From positions 1,440,001 through 1,504,000 of the forward strand of contig CBDCMT010000001.1 in assembly GCA_965219095.1 (NCBI GenBank): DNA of 64,000 nt, given 5' to 3'. The notes below the pieces were generated by a model that saw nothing but the letters and a program-made list of their open reading frames with translations, was not told the origin of the DNA and ran no database searches. Below, in pieces: positions 1 to 10,057 of this stretch (positions within the stretch are counted from its first letter, which is position 1; every line of letters starts with the position of its first letter). A program made the translations under genes and the position numbers. The stretch is from Bdellovibrionales bacterium. GTDB taxonomy: Bacteria > Bdellovibrionota > Bdellovibrionia > Bdellovibrionales > UBA1609.

Positions 1-604
1 GAAAAAAAATCTCCCGCAAGATCTAGCTTATGTAGCTCTTTTAGAGAGTGGCTTTTCTGCTCATGCTAAAAGTCATGCACAAGCTGTAGGATACTGGCAG
101 TTTTTAAAGAGTACTGGTAAAAGATATGGGTTAAAAAATACATGGTGGCTTGATGAGAGAAAGGATTATCTAAAGAGTACTATAGCTGCTTCTGATTATT
201 TAAAAGATCTTTACAATATTTTTCATTCATGGGAGCTTGCTTTAGCTGCTTATAACATGGGAGAAAGTCGTCTTGTTGCTCTTATCAAAAAACATAAAAC
301 AAAGGACTTTTGGCGTCTTTCCAATAAAAGTGGTTTTCCTCAGGAGACAAGGGAATATATCCCAAAAATTATGGCTTCTATCTTGCTTGCTAAATTTCCT
401 AAACTCTATGGCTTTAAAAATCATAAACTTCCTCCCTTATCTTATAAAAAGATCTGGGTTCCCGGAGGAACAAAACTAGCTTATATCTCATCTCAAATAG
501 GAACTAATTTAAGTCAGCTCAAAAGACTCAATCCTTCTTTACTTAAGTCCATTGTACCTAAATGGCAGAAACAAGGTTTTTGGATACGAATCCCTAAAGA
601 GTGA
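1..604 (+). CDS. mltD: Lytic murein transglycosylase (MltD-like SLT domain plus C-terminal LysM), 5' end outside window
   Basis: Frame open from base 2: ...LAYVALLESGF..AVGYWQFLKSTGKRYGL..DERKD..WELALAAYNMGE..ETREYIPKI.., then LysM-like LSQLKRLNP. Confidence 0.85.
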   Translation, partial: KKNLPQDLAYVALLESGFSAHAKSHAQAVGYWQFLKSTGKRYGLKNTWWLDERKDYLKSTIAASDYLKDLYNIFHSWELALAAYNMGESRLVALIKKHKTKDFWRLSNKSGFPQETREYIPKIMASILLAKFPKLYGFKNHKLPPLSYKKIWVPGGTKLAYISSQIGTNLSQLKRLNPSLLKSIVPKWQKQGFWIRIPKE

Positions 605-908
605 GTAAAAATAAAACTACAAAAAGAAACAAACTAAAAAATCAAGCATACCTTTTTTGAGACAGTTTAAAGCTTTAGGTGTGATAGTTGTTGTAAGCTT
701 TAATCTTAATCGACGATCTTTCTCTGATAGCACATGTAAATCTTAATGACATAAAATCTGAAATGTCTAAGTTATTTTTTAAAAGTGCCTTACTTTAATA
801 CAACTTTATTTTTTCGTTTCAAAATAAAACGAGTTTTTTAAAAAATGATAAAACTCTTTGGAGCACTGCAATAATAAGGTACCCTATAATTGTTGAAGAG
901 GTTTAAAA

Positions 909-1352
909 ATGAAAAAAATAAAGAAGAAAAAAATAAAGAAGAAAAAAGTAGAGAAGAAAAAAGTAGAGAAGAAAAAAGTAAAAAATATTGTCGAATTTAA
1001 TCCCATAGCGATTTTAATCAAAAGGAAAATTGCTGAAGTTGTAAAGAAGTACAATCCTGTAGCTGAGGAATGCAGTATGAAGCCTATTGCAGATAGCGTT
1101 GTAAAAAACGCCAATCATTTTACAGATAAGATAACAGAGGTTTTCGTTCATTATAAGATCCCTGAGATAGACAGACTCTGGGATGGGTGTGTGAGTTTTC
1201 TTTGGGACTTTTCGATACAGCCTATCAAACAGTTAGAGCTTTATATTTATGCAAATACAGTGACTGTTATTGCAGAGGATAAGTTGGAGAACATAAAAGC
1301 TTATAAAGAGGTTACATTTTACCTAAAAGTAAAGAAGTTCCCAAAGAGTTAA
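909..1352 (+). CDS. Hypothetical protein with Lys-rich repetitive N-terminus
   Basis: 147-aa ORF preceded by GAGG; no recognisable motif. Confidence 0.55.
   Translation: MKKIKKKKIKKKKVEKKKVEKKKVKNIVEFNPIAILIKRKIAEVVKKYNPVAEECSMKPIADSVVKNANHFTDKITEVFVHYKIPEIDRLWDGCVSFLWDFSIQPIKQLELYIYANTVTVIAEDKLENIKAYKEVTFYLKVKKFPKS
911..980 (+). repeat. 15-bp tandem repeat (about 4.7 copies of GAAAAAARTARAGAA)
   Basis: Read directly; encodes KKIKK/KKVEK pentads. Confidence 0.85.
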
Positions 1353-1489
1353 GGATATACTTGGATCACTTTCTTTTAAAAAGTAAATGTGAAAGTAGTT
1401 CTAAAATTGAGAAATTTAAAAAAAAGATTTAATTAACTGATCAATAGACTCTTTATCAAAAGTATTTATAGTTCTTTAAAGGTAACTGC

Positions 1490-2391
1490 TCACTCTCGTA
1501 AGTTTTTATTTAAAGCCATAGAGATGGCTTCTAAAGAAGAATACCCTCTATTTCTCATTGTTTTAACATAGATGGCTTCTAAAGAAGAATACCCTCTATT
1601 TCTCATTGTTTTAACATAGCTGGTAATGCGACAAAAATATTTCGCCATTTCTTCTGTTCTGAAACACCCTGACACTTTCTTTTTCACCTTAGTCATTCTT
1701 AGATCTCTTTCAGCTCTGTTATTAGTGGGATCTACGTTCTTTCTTTTAGCAAAACATAGTACTTCTGCTTCATACTTTTTAAGTCGCATCCATTCGACCT
1801 ATAAGCCCCATGTAATGTTCCCCAACACGTTGAAAAGACAGCATCTGAACTATAATGAAATTGATGATGGAAGCTCTAATGCCTATACCATACTGAAGAG
1901 GACCACTCATACCTTTAGGGAATTGACCTTTATTTCTAGCTCCACATGAGGGAGAATCCTTAACCTCAGAAGTTACAGTATGGGTCTGAATTTCATAAAA
2001 AATATCAATCTTTTTACGCTTCTCAAGGCTTTTTACCTCTGCTGTCTTTAAACACATCCCACACTGAGAACACTCTGAGGGAGAGACAGTCTCCTCGCTG
2101 TTTTGTATCTTTACTGTTATCAAGTCTAGAGCCCTTTTTTTGACTCCCACTAGCTTTCTTATTACGATTCCCTTGACGACTAAAATCTTGCGAAGGAGGA
2201 AGACCGCTGTTGCTGGAATTTTTTCGAACCTGTTTTTCTAAAAACACAACAATCAGAATGTTCACAACCTTAAAGAGAGATTCAAAAATCACAGAAATCT
2301 CAGTAGGCACAGAACCTTTCTTTGCAAACTTATCAAAGTCACTTCTTATATTTTTAATCTCATTTCTGATGGAGGTCTTATTTATTGTCAT
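1490..2391 (-). pseudogene. IS66 transposase pseudogene (frameshift, central deletion, 48-bp duplication)
   Basis: Fragments 2023-2391, 1779-2150 and 1490-1789; the DETS/HDCW core seen in the other copies is missing. Confidence 0.9.
1524..1619. repeat. Perfect 48-bp tandem duplication
   Basis: ATGGCTTCTAAAGAAG...TTAACATAG x2; single copy in the 31.7-kb element. Confidence 0.9.
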
Positions 2392-2709
2392 TTGAAAAAA
2401 GTATTTAAAAGAAAATCTGTAAGAACAAGACTTTTATCTTAAAACAGATCTAAAGTTAGGGATAACTGAACAATGTAGGTGAGCAGTTACCTTTAAAGAT
2501 TGTTAGAGGAATGCTCATTGGTGGTTTCAAAAAAATTTAAGTTAATTTCCTAGATGAATTAGAAAGGAACTTGTAGACTAAAATTATGTGAATGATTTTT
2601 TTGACATATAGTACTTCCGTTTAGGTTTTCAGGTTTTTTCTCTATAGAATCGACCGGAAAATCTAAGCGTATTCACTATAGATATTCATATGGATGACTA
2701 ACTCAAATC

Positions 2710-3975
2710 CTAGAGAGAAGTTTTCTCTTTTTTAAGAGGAGCTTTTTTATGGACGACCTTATTCTTCTCAAAGGGTTCAAGGTGAGGTCTAAGGGCATGC
2801 ATGGCTGAACGAAAACCTATACGGACAATATGGGAGAGAACTTTTTCATTAAGACTAAAGTGGTCGTAAAAAAACATTTGATAATCTTTGGAACTTGGAT
2901 GTATATAAATACAATCAGTTCCTTGTGATAAAGAGAGGTTCTCTAAGACAGAGTCAATGATTTTTTCTTTTATCTTTTTATCTAAATCTGTCTTTCTAAG
3001 AAGATCTTCTAAATCATTTATAACTTTTTTTGATTGGTTGCGAAACTGTGTATCAGAAGAAATTTTTTGCTGAATCATTTGGTAGATGGCTTGATTGATA
3101 ATAAGAGGAACTCCATATTTTTGAAGAGAACCCATTTCAGGATTAAATTCATAAGGTTCGATAGACGAAGAAGCTATAATAAGATCAGCTCCCTTTTTCT
3201 CGGGAATAAAGGTTGGTAAAGTGTCTCGAATTTCACCATCAAAATAGTATTCGACATGCCCTAATTTATTTTCTATACCATAAGGTGAAAAAAGAGGAGG
3301 AAGTGAAGCAGAAGCACAAACAGCATCACTAATGGTAGTATGCTTTTTGTAAGAAACTCCCATTTGATTTTCTGCTTCCTCTGTTTTTCCAAAAACAGTA
3401 AGTTCTGAGTGATCCAGCCTTGTGGCTATAATGGAAAGATCTAAATTCAAATCTTGAAAATTATTTGTCTTTAAAACATGCTCTTTTAAATAACGGCCTA
3501 TGTTTTTAGTAGAAAAAATACCATTCAATTTGAACTTTTTCTTAAATAACACTTCGAGTCCTCCTCTGATCACAGGTTGTTTATGAAAGAGATTGGAAAG
3601 AAATTGAGAAGCGGCTTCCGTATTCAAGCCAAAAATATCTGTATAAGAGATGGGTTTTAAGATGTTGTTTTTTTTTGTTGACTGGTTTTTCTTTTTAAAA
3701 GTTTCAAACTCTTTTCCTCGTAAAAAAGCATCGATGAGATCATAAGCATCAAATCCACAGGCTAAAATAGTGGCAATAACAGCTCCCGCACTACTTCCCA
3801 CATAAATTTCAAAATCTTTAAACCTTTTCTCATCTTGACCTTTTTTGTTTTTGTAGGAATGAAAAGAAAAGCCACATTCTCCAAGGGCTATACATACTCC
3901 TACATGAAAGGCTGCGGCCTTAATGCCTCCGCCACTTAACAAAAGGGCGGGTTTTTTTTTCTTACTTAAGTCCAT
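2710..3975 (-). CDS. Patatin-like phospholipase
   Basis: LSGGGIKA oxyanion motif, GSSAG nucleophile, ASASLP, FDGE. Confidence 0.9.
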   Translation of the reverse strand: MDLSKKKKPALLLSGGGIKAAAFHVGVCIALGECGFSFHSYKNKKGQDEKRFKDFEIYVGSSAGAVIATILACGFDAYDLIDAFLRGKEFETFKKKNQSTKKNNILKPISYTDIFGLNTEAASQFLSNLFHKQPVIRGGLEVLFKKKFKLNGIFSTKNIGRYLKEHVLKTNNFQDLNLDLSIIATRLDHSELTVFGKTEEAENQMGVSYKKHTTISDAVCASASLPPLFSPYGIENKLGHVEYYFDGEIRDTLPTFIPEKKGADLIIASSSIEPYEFNPEMGSLQKYGVPLIINQAIYQMIQQKISSDTQFRNQSKKVINDLEDLLRKTDLDKKIKEKIIDSVLENLSLSQGTDCIYIHPSSKDYQMFFYDHFSLNEKVLSHIVRIGFRSAMHALRPHLEPFEKNKVVHKKAPLKKEKTSL

Positions 3976-4022
3976 TTCATGTTTAGTGTATTCTATTTGA
4001 ACTCAATAGACTACTCTAAACC

Positions 4023-6413
4023 TTAGATTCCTGAGTAGTTATCACTTCCGACAGCCTTGTCTTTTACTTTTCTTTCTTCATTTTTCTTCTTACGAGAGCG
4101 AAGATTGGCTCTTTTCGCAAGAGCTACAGCTAAAACCTCGTCTAAATGCTCAACAAAGACAAAATTGATTTTGTTTCTTAGCTCATCTTGAATGTCAGCA
4201 AGGTCTTTCTTATTGCCAATTGGTAAAATGATGTTTTTAATCCCTATGGAAAGAGCTGCTAAGCACTTCTCCTTAATTCCTCCCACAGGCAACACACGAC
4301 CTGTTAAAGTAACTTCCCCTGTCATAGATACATCATTTCTTATAAGAGTGTTAGTCATGAGACTGATCATAGCTGTAGCCAACGTAATTCCAGCCGAAGG
4401 ACCGTCTTTTGGAATAGCACCTGCCGGTAGGTGAATATGCATGGAGTGTGTGTCAAACCAATCTTCACAAATCCCCAACTCCTTATAATGGGCTTTTGCA
4501 TAAGAGGCGGCTGCTTGAGCGGATTCTTTCATAACATCTCCAAGTTGCCCTGTAAGTTTCAGATCACCTTTTCCTTTCACAGGTAAAGCTTCTACAAAAA
4601 GAATTTCGCCTCCTGCTTGGGTCCAAGCCATCCCTGTTGCAACACCCACTTGACTTTCTTTCAAAATCTCTTCCTTTAAAAACTTTTCTGCTCCTAAAAA
4701 GTTTTGAACGCACTTAGAATTCACAATTGTTTTCCCTGTGTGACCCATAACCATCTTCTTAGCTACTTTTCTAAAGATGGAGCAAAGTTCTCTTTCTAGA
4801 TTACGAACTCCCGCTTCTCTTGTATAGTTATGGATCAGATAGGTGATACCTTCTCTTGTAAATTCAATAGATGCTTTTTCTAATCCGTGATTTTCAATTT
4901 GTTTACTTAAAAGGTATTTTTCGCAAATAGCAAGTTTTTCGTTAAAGGTATAACCTGAAATAGGAATGACTTCCATGCGATCCCTTAAAGCAGGCGGGAT
5001 GTTTTCAACTAAATTAGCTGTTGCCATAAAAAGAACTTCGCTTAAGTCAAAATCAATGTTAATATAATGGTCTTTAAACGCACAATTTTGTTCTGGATCC
5101 AAAACTTCTAGCATAGCAGAACTTGGGTCACCCCTAAAATCAGAACCTAGTTTATCAATTTCATCTAAAAGTAAAACAGAGTTTTTAGATTTTGTTTGTT
5201 TTAGGGCTTGTATGATTTTTCCTGGCATAGAGCCCACATAAGTTCTCCTATGTCCTCTTATTTCAGCTTCCTCTTTCAGACCTCCTAAAGAAATTCTAGC
5301 GTATTTACGTCCCATAGCTTTGGCGATGCTTTTTCCTAAAGAGGTCTTCCCCACTCCGGGGGGGCCAGAAAAACATAAAATAGGACCTTTAACATTTTTT
5401 TTAAGTTTACGAACTGCTAAGAATTCTAAGACTCTTTCTTTTACTTTATCTAAGGAATAATGATCTTCGTCTAAAATTCTCTGGGCATTACTAATATCCA
5501 AATTGTCTTCGGTGTAAGATGACCAAGGTAATTCTACAACCCAATCCATGTAATTTCTTAAAATGGAGGACTCACTAGACTCAGGATGCATTCTTTCTAG
5601 GCGACGGAATTGCTTTAAAATTTCCACCTCAGCTTGTTCAGGCATTTTAGCTACTTTAATCTTCTGTCGTAATTCATCCATTTCAGATACTTTAGAATCA
5701 GAATCTTGGTTGTGTTTCATCTGTTCTTGAAGAAAAAATTCTTTTTGTTGATCCATCACTTCATCTTCTTTATCATGAGATTTTAAATAATTTTTAGAGT
5801 TTGTGATTTCATTCTCTAAAAGCTTCTTTACAAGGTCCATTTTCTCTCTTAGATCATCAATTTCCATTAAAGTCTGGCACTTGTCAGAGCTTAAGCCTAT
5901 ATTGCTTACAATCAAGTCAGAAACTCTATTGATATCATTAATATCCTCAATAACTAAGAGTATATCAGGAGAAATGTTTTTTCCTAAAGAAATGAGTTTT
6001 CCTAAATCGTCTTTGACATCTCTTAGAAAGACCTCTTTCTCCACAGAAGAAATGGAGCTTTCCTGAGGTTTCAGAACTTCAATATCCACTTTGAAAAAAG
6101 GATGTGTTTGAGTAAAATTTAAACTGCATGCTCTATCTAAACCTTGAATCAGAATTTTGATATGTCCGTCAGATAATTTTCTCATGCGAACAATCATAGC
6201 CAATGTCCCTACATTATAAATGTCCTCTTTTTTGAGTTCTTCTTCTAAGGGATCTTTTTGAGACACTAAAAAGATAAGTCTATCTTTCTGTAGAGCTTTT
6301 TCTACTGCTTTTATAGAACTCTCACGACAAATATGAAGTGGTAAAATCATATAAGGAAACACAACTAAGTCTCTTATGGGTAAGAGTGGAATGTTTTTCT
6401 GTTTCATATTCAA
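4023..6413 (-). CDS. lon: ATP-dependent Lon protease
   Basis: LPIRDLVVFP N-domain, GPPGVGKTS Walker A, PKDGPSAG and GGIKEK catalytic Ser/Lys; AAGGAGG SD before TTG. Confidence 0.97.
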   Translation of the reverse strand: MNMKQKNIPLLPIRDLVVFPYMILPLHICRESSIKAVEKALQKDRLIFLVSQKDPLEEELKKEDIYNVGTLAMIVRMRKLSDGHIKILIQGLDRACSLNFTQTHPFFKVDIEVLKPQESSISSVEKEVFLRDVKDDLGKLISLGKNISPDILLVIEDINDINRVSDLIVSNIGLSSDKCQTLMEIDDLREKMDLVKKLLENEITNSKNYLKSHDKEDEVMDQQKEFFLQEQMKHNQDSDSKVSEMDELRQKIKVAKMPEQAEVEILKQFRRLERMHPESSESSILRNYMDWVVELPWSSYTEDNLDISNAQRILDEDHYSLDKVKERVLEFLAVRKLKKNVKGPILCFSGPPGVGKTSLGKSIAKAMGRKYARISLGGLKEEAEIRGHRRTYVGSMPGKIIQALKQTKSKNSVLLLDEIDKLGSDFRGDPSSAMLEVLDPEQNCAFKDHYINIDFDLSEVLFMATANLVENIPPALRDRMEVIPISGYTFNEKLAICEKYLLSKQIENHGLEKASIEFTREGITYLIHNYTREAGVRNLERELCSIFRKVAKKMVMGHTGKTIVNSKCVQNFLGAEKFLKEEILKESQVGVATGMAWTQAGGEILFVEALPVKGKGDLKLTGQLGDVMKESAQAAASYAKAHYKELGICEDWFDTHSMHIHLPAGAIPKDGPSAGITLATAMISLMTNTLIRNDVSMTGEVTLTGRVLPVGGIKEKCLAALSIGIKNIILPIGNKKDLADIQDELRNKINFVFVEHLDEVLAVALAKRANLRSRKKKNEERKVKDKAVGSDNYSGI

Positions 6414-6504
6414 GATTTCCTCCTTCTGGTAATAACCTTTTCGGAAAAAAAAGAGAGTCTATAAAGTCTATTTTTTGAAATTATAGAAAACTAGCCTAAA
6501 ATCT

Positions 6505-8430
6505 TTAAAAAAAAGGAACAATTTTTCCTTTCTTAAGAGTTAAAACTTTAAGACTATGGATAATATTGCGTTCTTTGGAGGTACTCACCAGACCAAAAGT
6601 CCCAGGAAATTCATATAAATTTGACAATTTTTTTGACAACTCCTCTCTATTATTAGACCCTGAGAGGATAAGTTGTCTCAAAATAAGACCTACATCATAA
6701 GCTTGTGATTCTAAGATGGTAGGAATTTTGCCAAAAGTTTTTTTATAGAGTTGATAAAAGACGGTATTCTTAAAAAATTTAGGATCAAAAGATAGATCAG
6801 GAAAGACCACTCCTTCCACCATTTTTCCTCCCTTTTTAAAAAGTTCCGGAGTGTTCCATAAGTTTGTACCTAATAACATGATGTTTTCAATGTCTTGGTA
6901 CTTTAAAGTAGCAACAGTTTGTATTAAATTTTGAACACGATCGGGAAGGAATAAAGCATCAAATCTTACAAGAGGAGGTAAAATTTCAGGAACTTTCATG
7001 CGATGATGAAGATGCTTTTGCTGACTGTACCAGTGCATTAAATGCAGTCTATACTCATTTTTTCTATCTTCTATATAAAATGTTCCTGTCAGTCTTTTTA
7101 TAGCATCATTAAGTCGAGGTGTTTTAGCATTATAAGTTTGAACTGCGACAACTTCTCCTCCTTGGCTGAGGACTTCATCCCAAAAAAGATTGGCATACTC
7201 CACTCCGTACTTATCGTTAGGGTATAAGATAGCAAACTTTTTGAGTCCTCTTAATTTGAGAGTCGTTCTGACAAGTTCTTCCACAATTTTTTTACTCGTA
7301 AGAGCATAACGAAACACAAAGGGGCTGTTTTTGGTTAAATCATACTTCTGAGAGAAAGTGATGTTGGGAGTAAGAAACTTCTGTGATACCTTAGCGACTT
7401 CTTTTGATGTTTTTCCTAAAAGGTCTCCTACAATAGCAATAGGCTTTTCTTGTTTTAAAAGATCGTAAGTTACAGTCTCAGCTCTTTCAGAATTACCTTC
7501 GCTATCTCTTATTGCAAGAGAAAATTTGGATCTTTTTTCATCTCCAAAAATTCCCAAACCTAACAGCAAGCCTTTCAAAGCCCTTTGTCCATAAATACCT
7601 GTTTTCCCAGAAAGAGGGAGTACAACACCTATGGTATAGGCTTGAGAAGCACTTTTGTTTTTCAAAGACTCTAAGATATGTAAAGCCTTAGTCTTATAAA
7701 CAGACTCTCCTTCATATGACACAGCTTTTTGTAAGAAGTCTTGTGCCTTCGAAAGATCATTAAGGTTCCAATAATACTCTCCGATTTTTAACCCAGCCCA
7801 ACTGGAAATCTCTCCATAATCTGAAGATAAGGTTATGCTTTTTAGTTCCTCTAGGGAAGCTTCATTTAAGATTTTTATCATAAGATTTTTATAAATTTCA
7901 TGACCATCTAAAACTCTCAAACGATTTAAACTAGCTACGAGTTGACCGGTATTTTGCTCTACCTTATGAACATGAACCATAAGCTTTAAAACTTTAATTT
8001 CAATAATCTGTGAAAGTTCAGAGTGATTGAGTGTTCTTTGGCAAAGAGATTCAACGAAACTTAAGTCTTTTGGCTCTATATGAAAAGTAGAAAAGCTTGC
8101 CAGGTAAAGTGCTGATGCCTCTTTTTCGAAATAAAAAGGTGAGTTGACTACCTTTAAAAAAGACTCTTGAGCCTTCTTATATTGATGTTGTTTCAATAGA
8201 ATCATACCCTTGAGATAGAGAGCATCTAAGTAAATGCCTGAGTTCTTTTTAACTCTACCGAGTTCTCGTAGAGCTTGTTTGTAAAAGTTTTTTTTATAAA
8301 GTCTTTGAATTTTTCTTAAACTTTGAATCTCTTGAGGTTTAGGGGCAATAGAAAAAGGTTTTTTTACTTTTAAGATAGAACAGCTTGATAAGAAGAAAAA
8401 AGTTGAGAAAAGGCACAAAAAATACCTCAT
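6505..8430 (-). CDS. LpoA/LppC-like lipoprotein (TPR N-terminus plus periplasmic-binding-type domain)
   Basis: Lipobox LSSC; IGVVLPLSG, AILYP..YG, FDALFLPD, LLGTNLW. Confidence 0.8.
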   Translation of the reverse strand: MRYFLCLFSTFFFLSSCSILKVKKPFSIAPKPQEIQSLRKIQRLYKKNFYKQALRELGRVKKNSGIYLDALYLKGMILLKQHQYKKAQESFLKVVNSPFYFEKEASALYLASFSTFHIEPKDLSFVESLCQRTLNHSELSQIIEIKVLKLMVHVHKVEQNTGQLVASLNRLRVLDGHEIYKNLMIKILNEASLEELKSITLSSDYGEISSWAGLKIGEYYWNLNDLSKAQDFLQKAVSYEGESVYKTKALHILESLKNKSASQAYTIGVVLPLSGKTGIYGQRALKGLLLGLGIFGDEKRSKFSLAIRDSEGNSERAETVTYDLLKQEKPIAIVGDLLGKTSKEVAKVSQKFLTPNITFSQKYDLTKNSPFVFRYALTSKKIVEELVRTTLKLRGLKKFAILYPNDKYGVEYANLFWDEVLSQGGEVVAVQTYNAKTPRLNDAIKRLTGTFYIEDRKNEYRLHLMHWYSQQKHLHHRMKVPEILPPLVRFDALFLPDRVQNLIQTVATLKYQDIENIMLLGTNLWNTPELFKKGGKMVEGVVFPDLSFDPKFFKNTVFYQLYKKTFGKIPTILESQAYDVGLILRQLILSGSNNREELSKKLSNLYEFPGTFGLVSTSKERNIIHSLKVLTLKKGKIVPFF

Positions 8431-9104
8431 AACTTTTTTAGATCTTCACTCCCTTTTGAAACTACAACCTTTCCTGAGCGAACAATTTTACCATACATTT
8501 CATATGGTTTACAAAAAATACGGATGATATGATCTTTAGGAATCTCTTTATGATTTTCTACACTGATAGCTTCATGAACTTCTGGATCAAAAGGTTCTCC
8601 TATTTTAATTTCTTTTTCTTCCAGACCGAAAGACGTAAGAGTTTTTTTAAGTTCTACCTCTGTCATAGAAATTCCTTTATAGAAATCTTTCCAACTATTT
8701 TGATCCACTTTTAAATTAAGAGCTTGCTGAAGGATATCAAGAATTTTTAAAACCTCTAAGGACATGGACTTTTTAGAAAATCTCAAGGCATCTTCCCTGT
8801 CCTTTGTCATTTGTTTTCTTAAGTTATCCATATCAGCTGATAAGTAAAGATAGTTCTTTTTTTCTTCAGAAATTTGCTGTTCTAAAGATTCTTTTATTTT
8901 TTTGAATTCTTGAAGTTCTTTTCTAAAATTTTTTTCTTCTCTATCTTCTCTATCTTGTTCTTCCTTTTCTTCTCTTTCCTTTTTTATTTTTTTGTTTTTC
9001 AAAAAAGCAGAACTCATCTCATGATGATCTTGAAAAGTGTTTTCAGTAAAATTATGATCGTGCTTTTCTTTTTTGGAACTCTTTTTCTTCTTATTCTTTG
9101 ACAT
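8427..9104 (-). CDS. grpE: Nucleotide exchange factor GrpE
   Basis: ADMDNLRK, GEPFDPEVHEAI, KPYEMYGKIVRSGKVVV; start placed at ATG 9104 (ORF extends to 9179). Confidence 0.93.
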   Translation of the reverse strand: MSKNKKKKSSKKEKHDHNFTENTFQDHHEMSSAFLKNKKIKKEREEKEEQDREDREEKNFRKELQEFKKIKESLEQQISEEKKNYLYLSADMDNLRKQMTKDREDALRFSKKSMSLEVLKILDILQQALNLKVDQNSWKDFYKGISMTEVELKKTLTSFGLEEKEIKIGEPFDPEVHEAISVENHKEIPKDHIIRIFCKPYEMYGKIVRSGKVVVSKGSEDLKKL

Positions 9105-9331
9105 AACACCTTGATCCTCTTGCATGACTTCCTCGCACAGCTTATAAGATTTCCACAAAATGGTCCGAATGTCAATCAAGAATCAAAGTCCTGTTTGCTT
9201 CTGTGGGAGATGCTTATCACAACATGGGCATGATAAGACTCCTGATTCGTGCATTGCAAAAAGCTTTCTTGAAAAAGCTAAGGCTTAATCTTCTTGTGGC
9301 ACTTTTTTCCATTTCATGCTAGTTGTACTGT

Positions 9332-10057
9332 ATGGCACCTCAAACCACACCCTTTAGCAAAACACAAAATCTTATCGGCCATTTAGAAGATTTAAAAAAA
9401 ACACTGATACGTTCTTTTATTTTTATAGGTATAGGAACTTTGATTTGTCTATCACAAACTGATCTGATCCTTTCTTTACTCAAGCAGCCTTTAACTCCTT
9501 TTTTAAAAGACACATCGGGAGAGTTAATCTTCACAGCTCCTGTAGACAAGTTTCTCATCCATATGAAAACGGCTGTTTTTTCTGGTTTGGTTCTAGCATC
9601 TCCTTTTTGGCTTTATGAGATTTGGAGGTTCATATCTCCAGGGCTTTATGTTCATGAAAAAAAAATGGCACTAGTTTTTACCTTCTCAGGGGTGTTTCTG
9701 TTTTTATTAGGTATGGCTTTCTGTTATTTTATCGTTTATCCTAAAGCCTTTTCTTTTCTCTTCCAATTTGGAGGGGATCAAGAAAAAGCATTTATTACCA
9801 TAAAAGATTATATGTCCTTTCTTATGACAACATTGCTTGTTTTTGGTTTAGCTTTTGAAACCCCTCTGATTCTTATTTTTTTAGGCCGTATGAAAATTGT
9901 ATCAAAGAAAATGTTGCAGAAAAACCGTCGTTATGCTTTTTTGTTTATGGCTGTTTTATCTGCTTTGATCACACCCCCTGATGTTCTTAGTATGATCTTT
10001 CTTCTCATCCCTCTTTTTTGTCTTTATGAGTTGTCTGTGTTTTTTATGCCCTCTTAA
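9332..10057 (+). CDS. tatC: Twin-arginine translocase subunit TatC
   Basis: HLEDLK, FISPGLY..EK, FETP, ALITPPD. Confidence 0.95.
   Translation: MAPQTTPFSKTQNLIGHLEDLKKTLIRSFIFIGIGTLICLSQTDLILSLLKQPLTPFLKDTSGELIFTAPVDKFLIHMKTAVFSGLVLASPFWLYEIWRFISPGLYVHEKKMALVFTFSGVFLFLLGMAFCYFIVYPKAFSFLFQFGGDQEKAFITIKDYMSFLMTTLLVFGLAFETPLILIFLGRMKIVSKKMLQKNRRYAFLFMAVLSALITPPDVLSMIFLLIPLFCLYELSVFFMPS

Larger units (their letters stand above)
1482..2490 (-). mobile_element. IS66-family (single-ORF, ISBst12-like) element, internally deleted, 1009 bp
   Basis: Terminal IR GTAACTGCTCAC at both ends; 8-bp TSD CTTTAAAG (1474-1481, 2491-2498); transposase pieces NSSNSGLPPS and PTNNRAERDLR. Confidence 0.93.
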
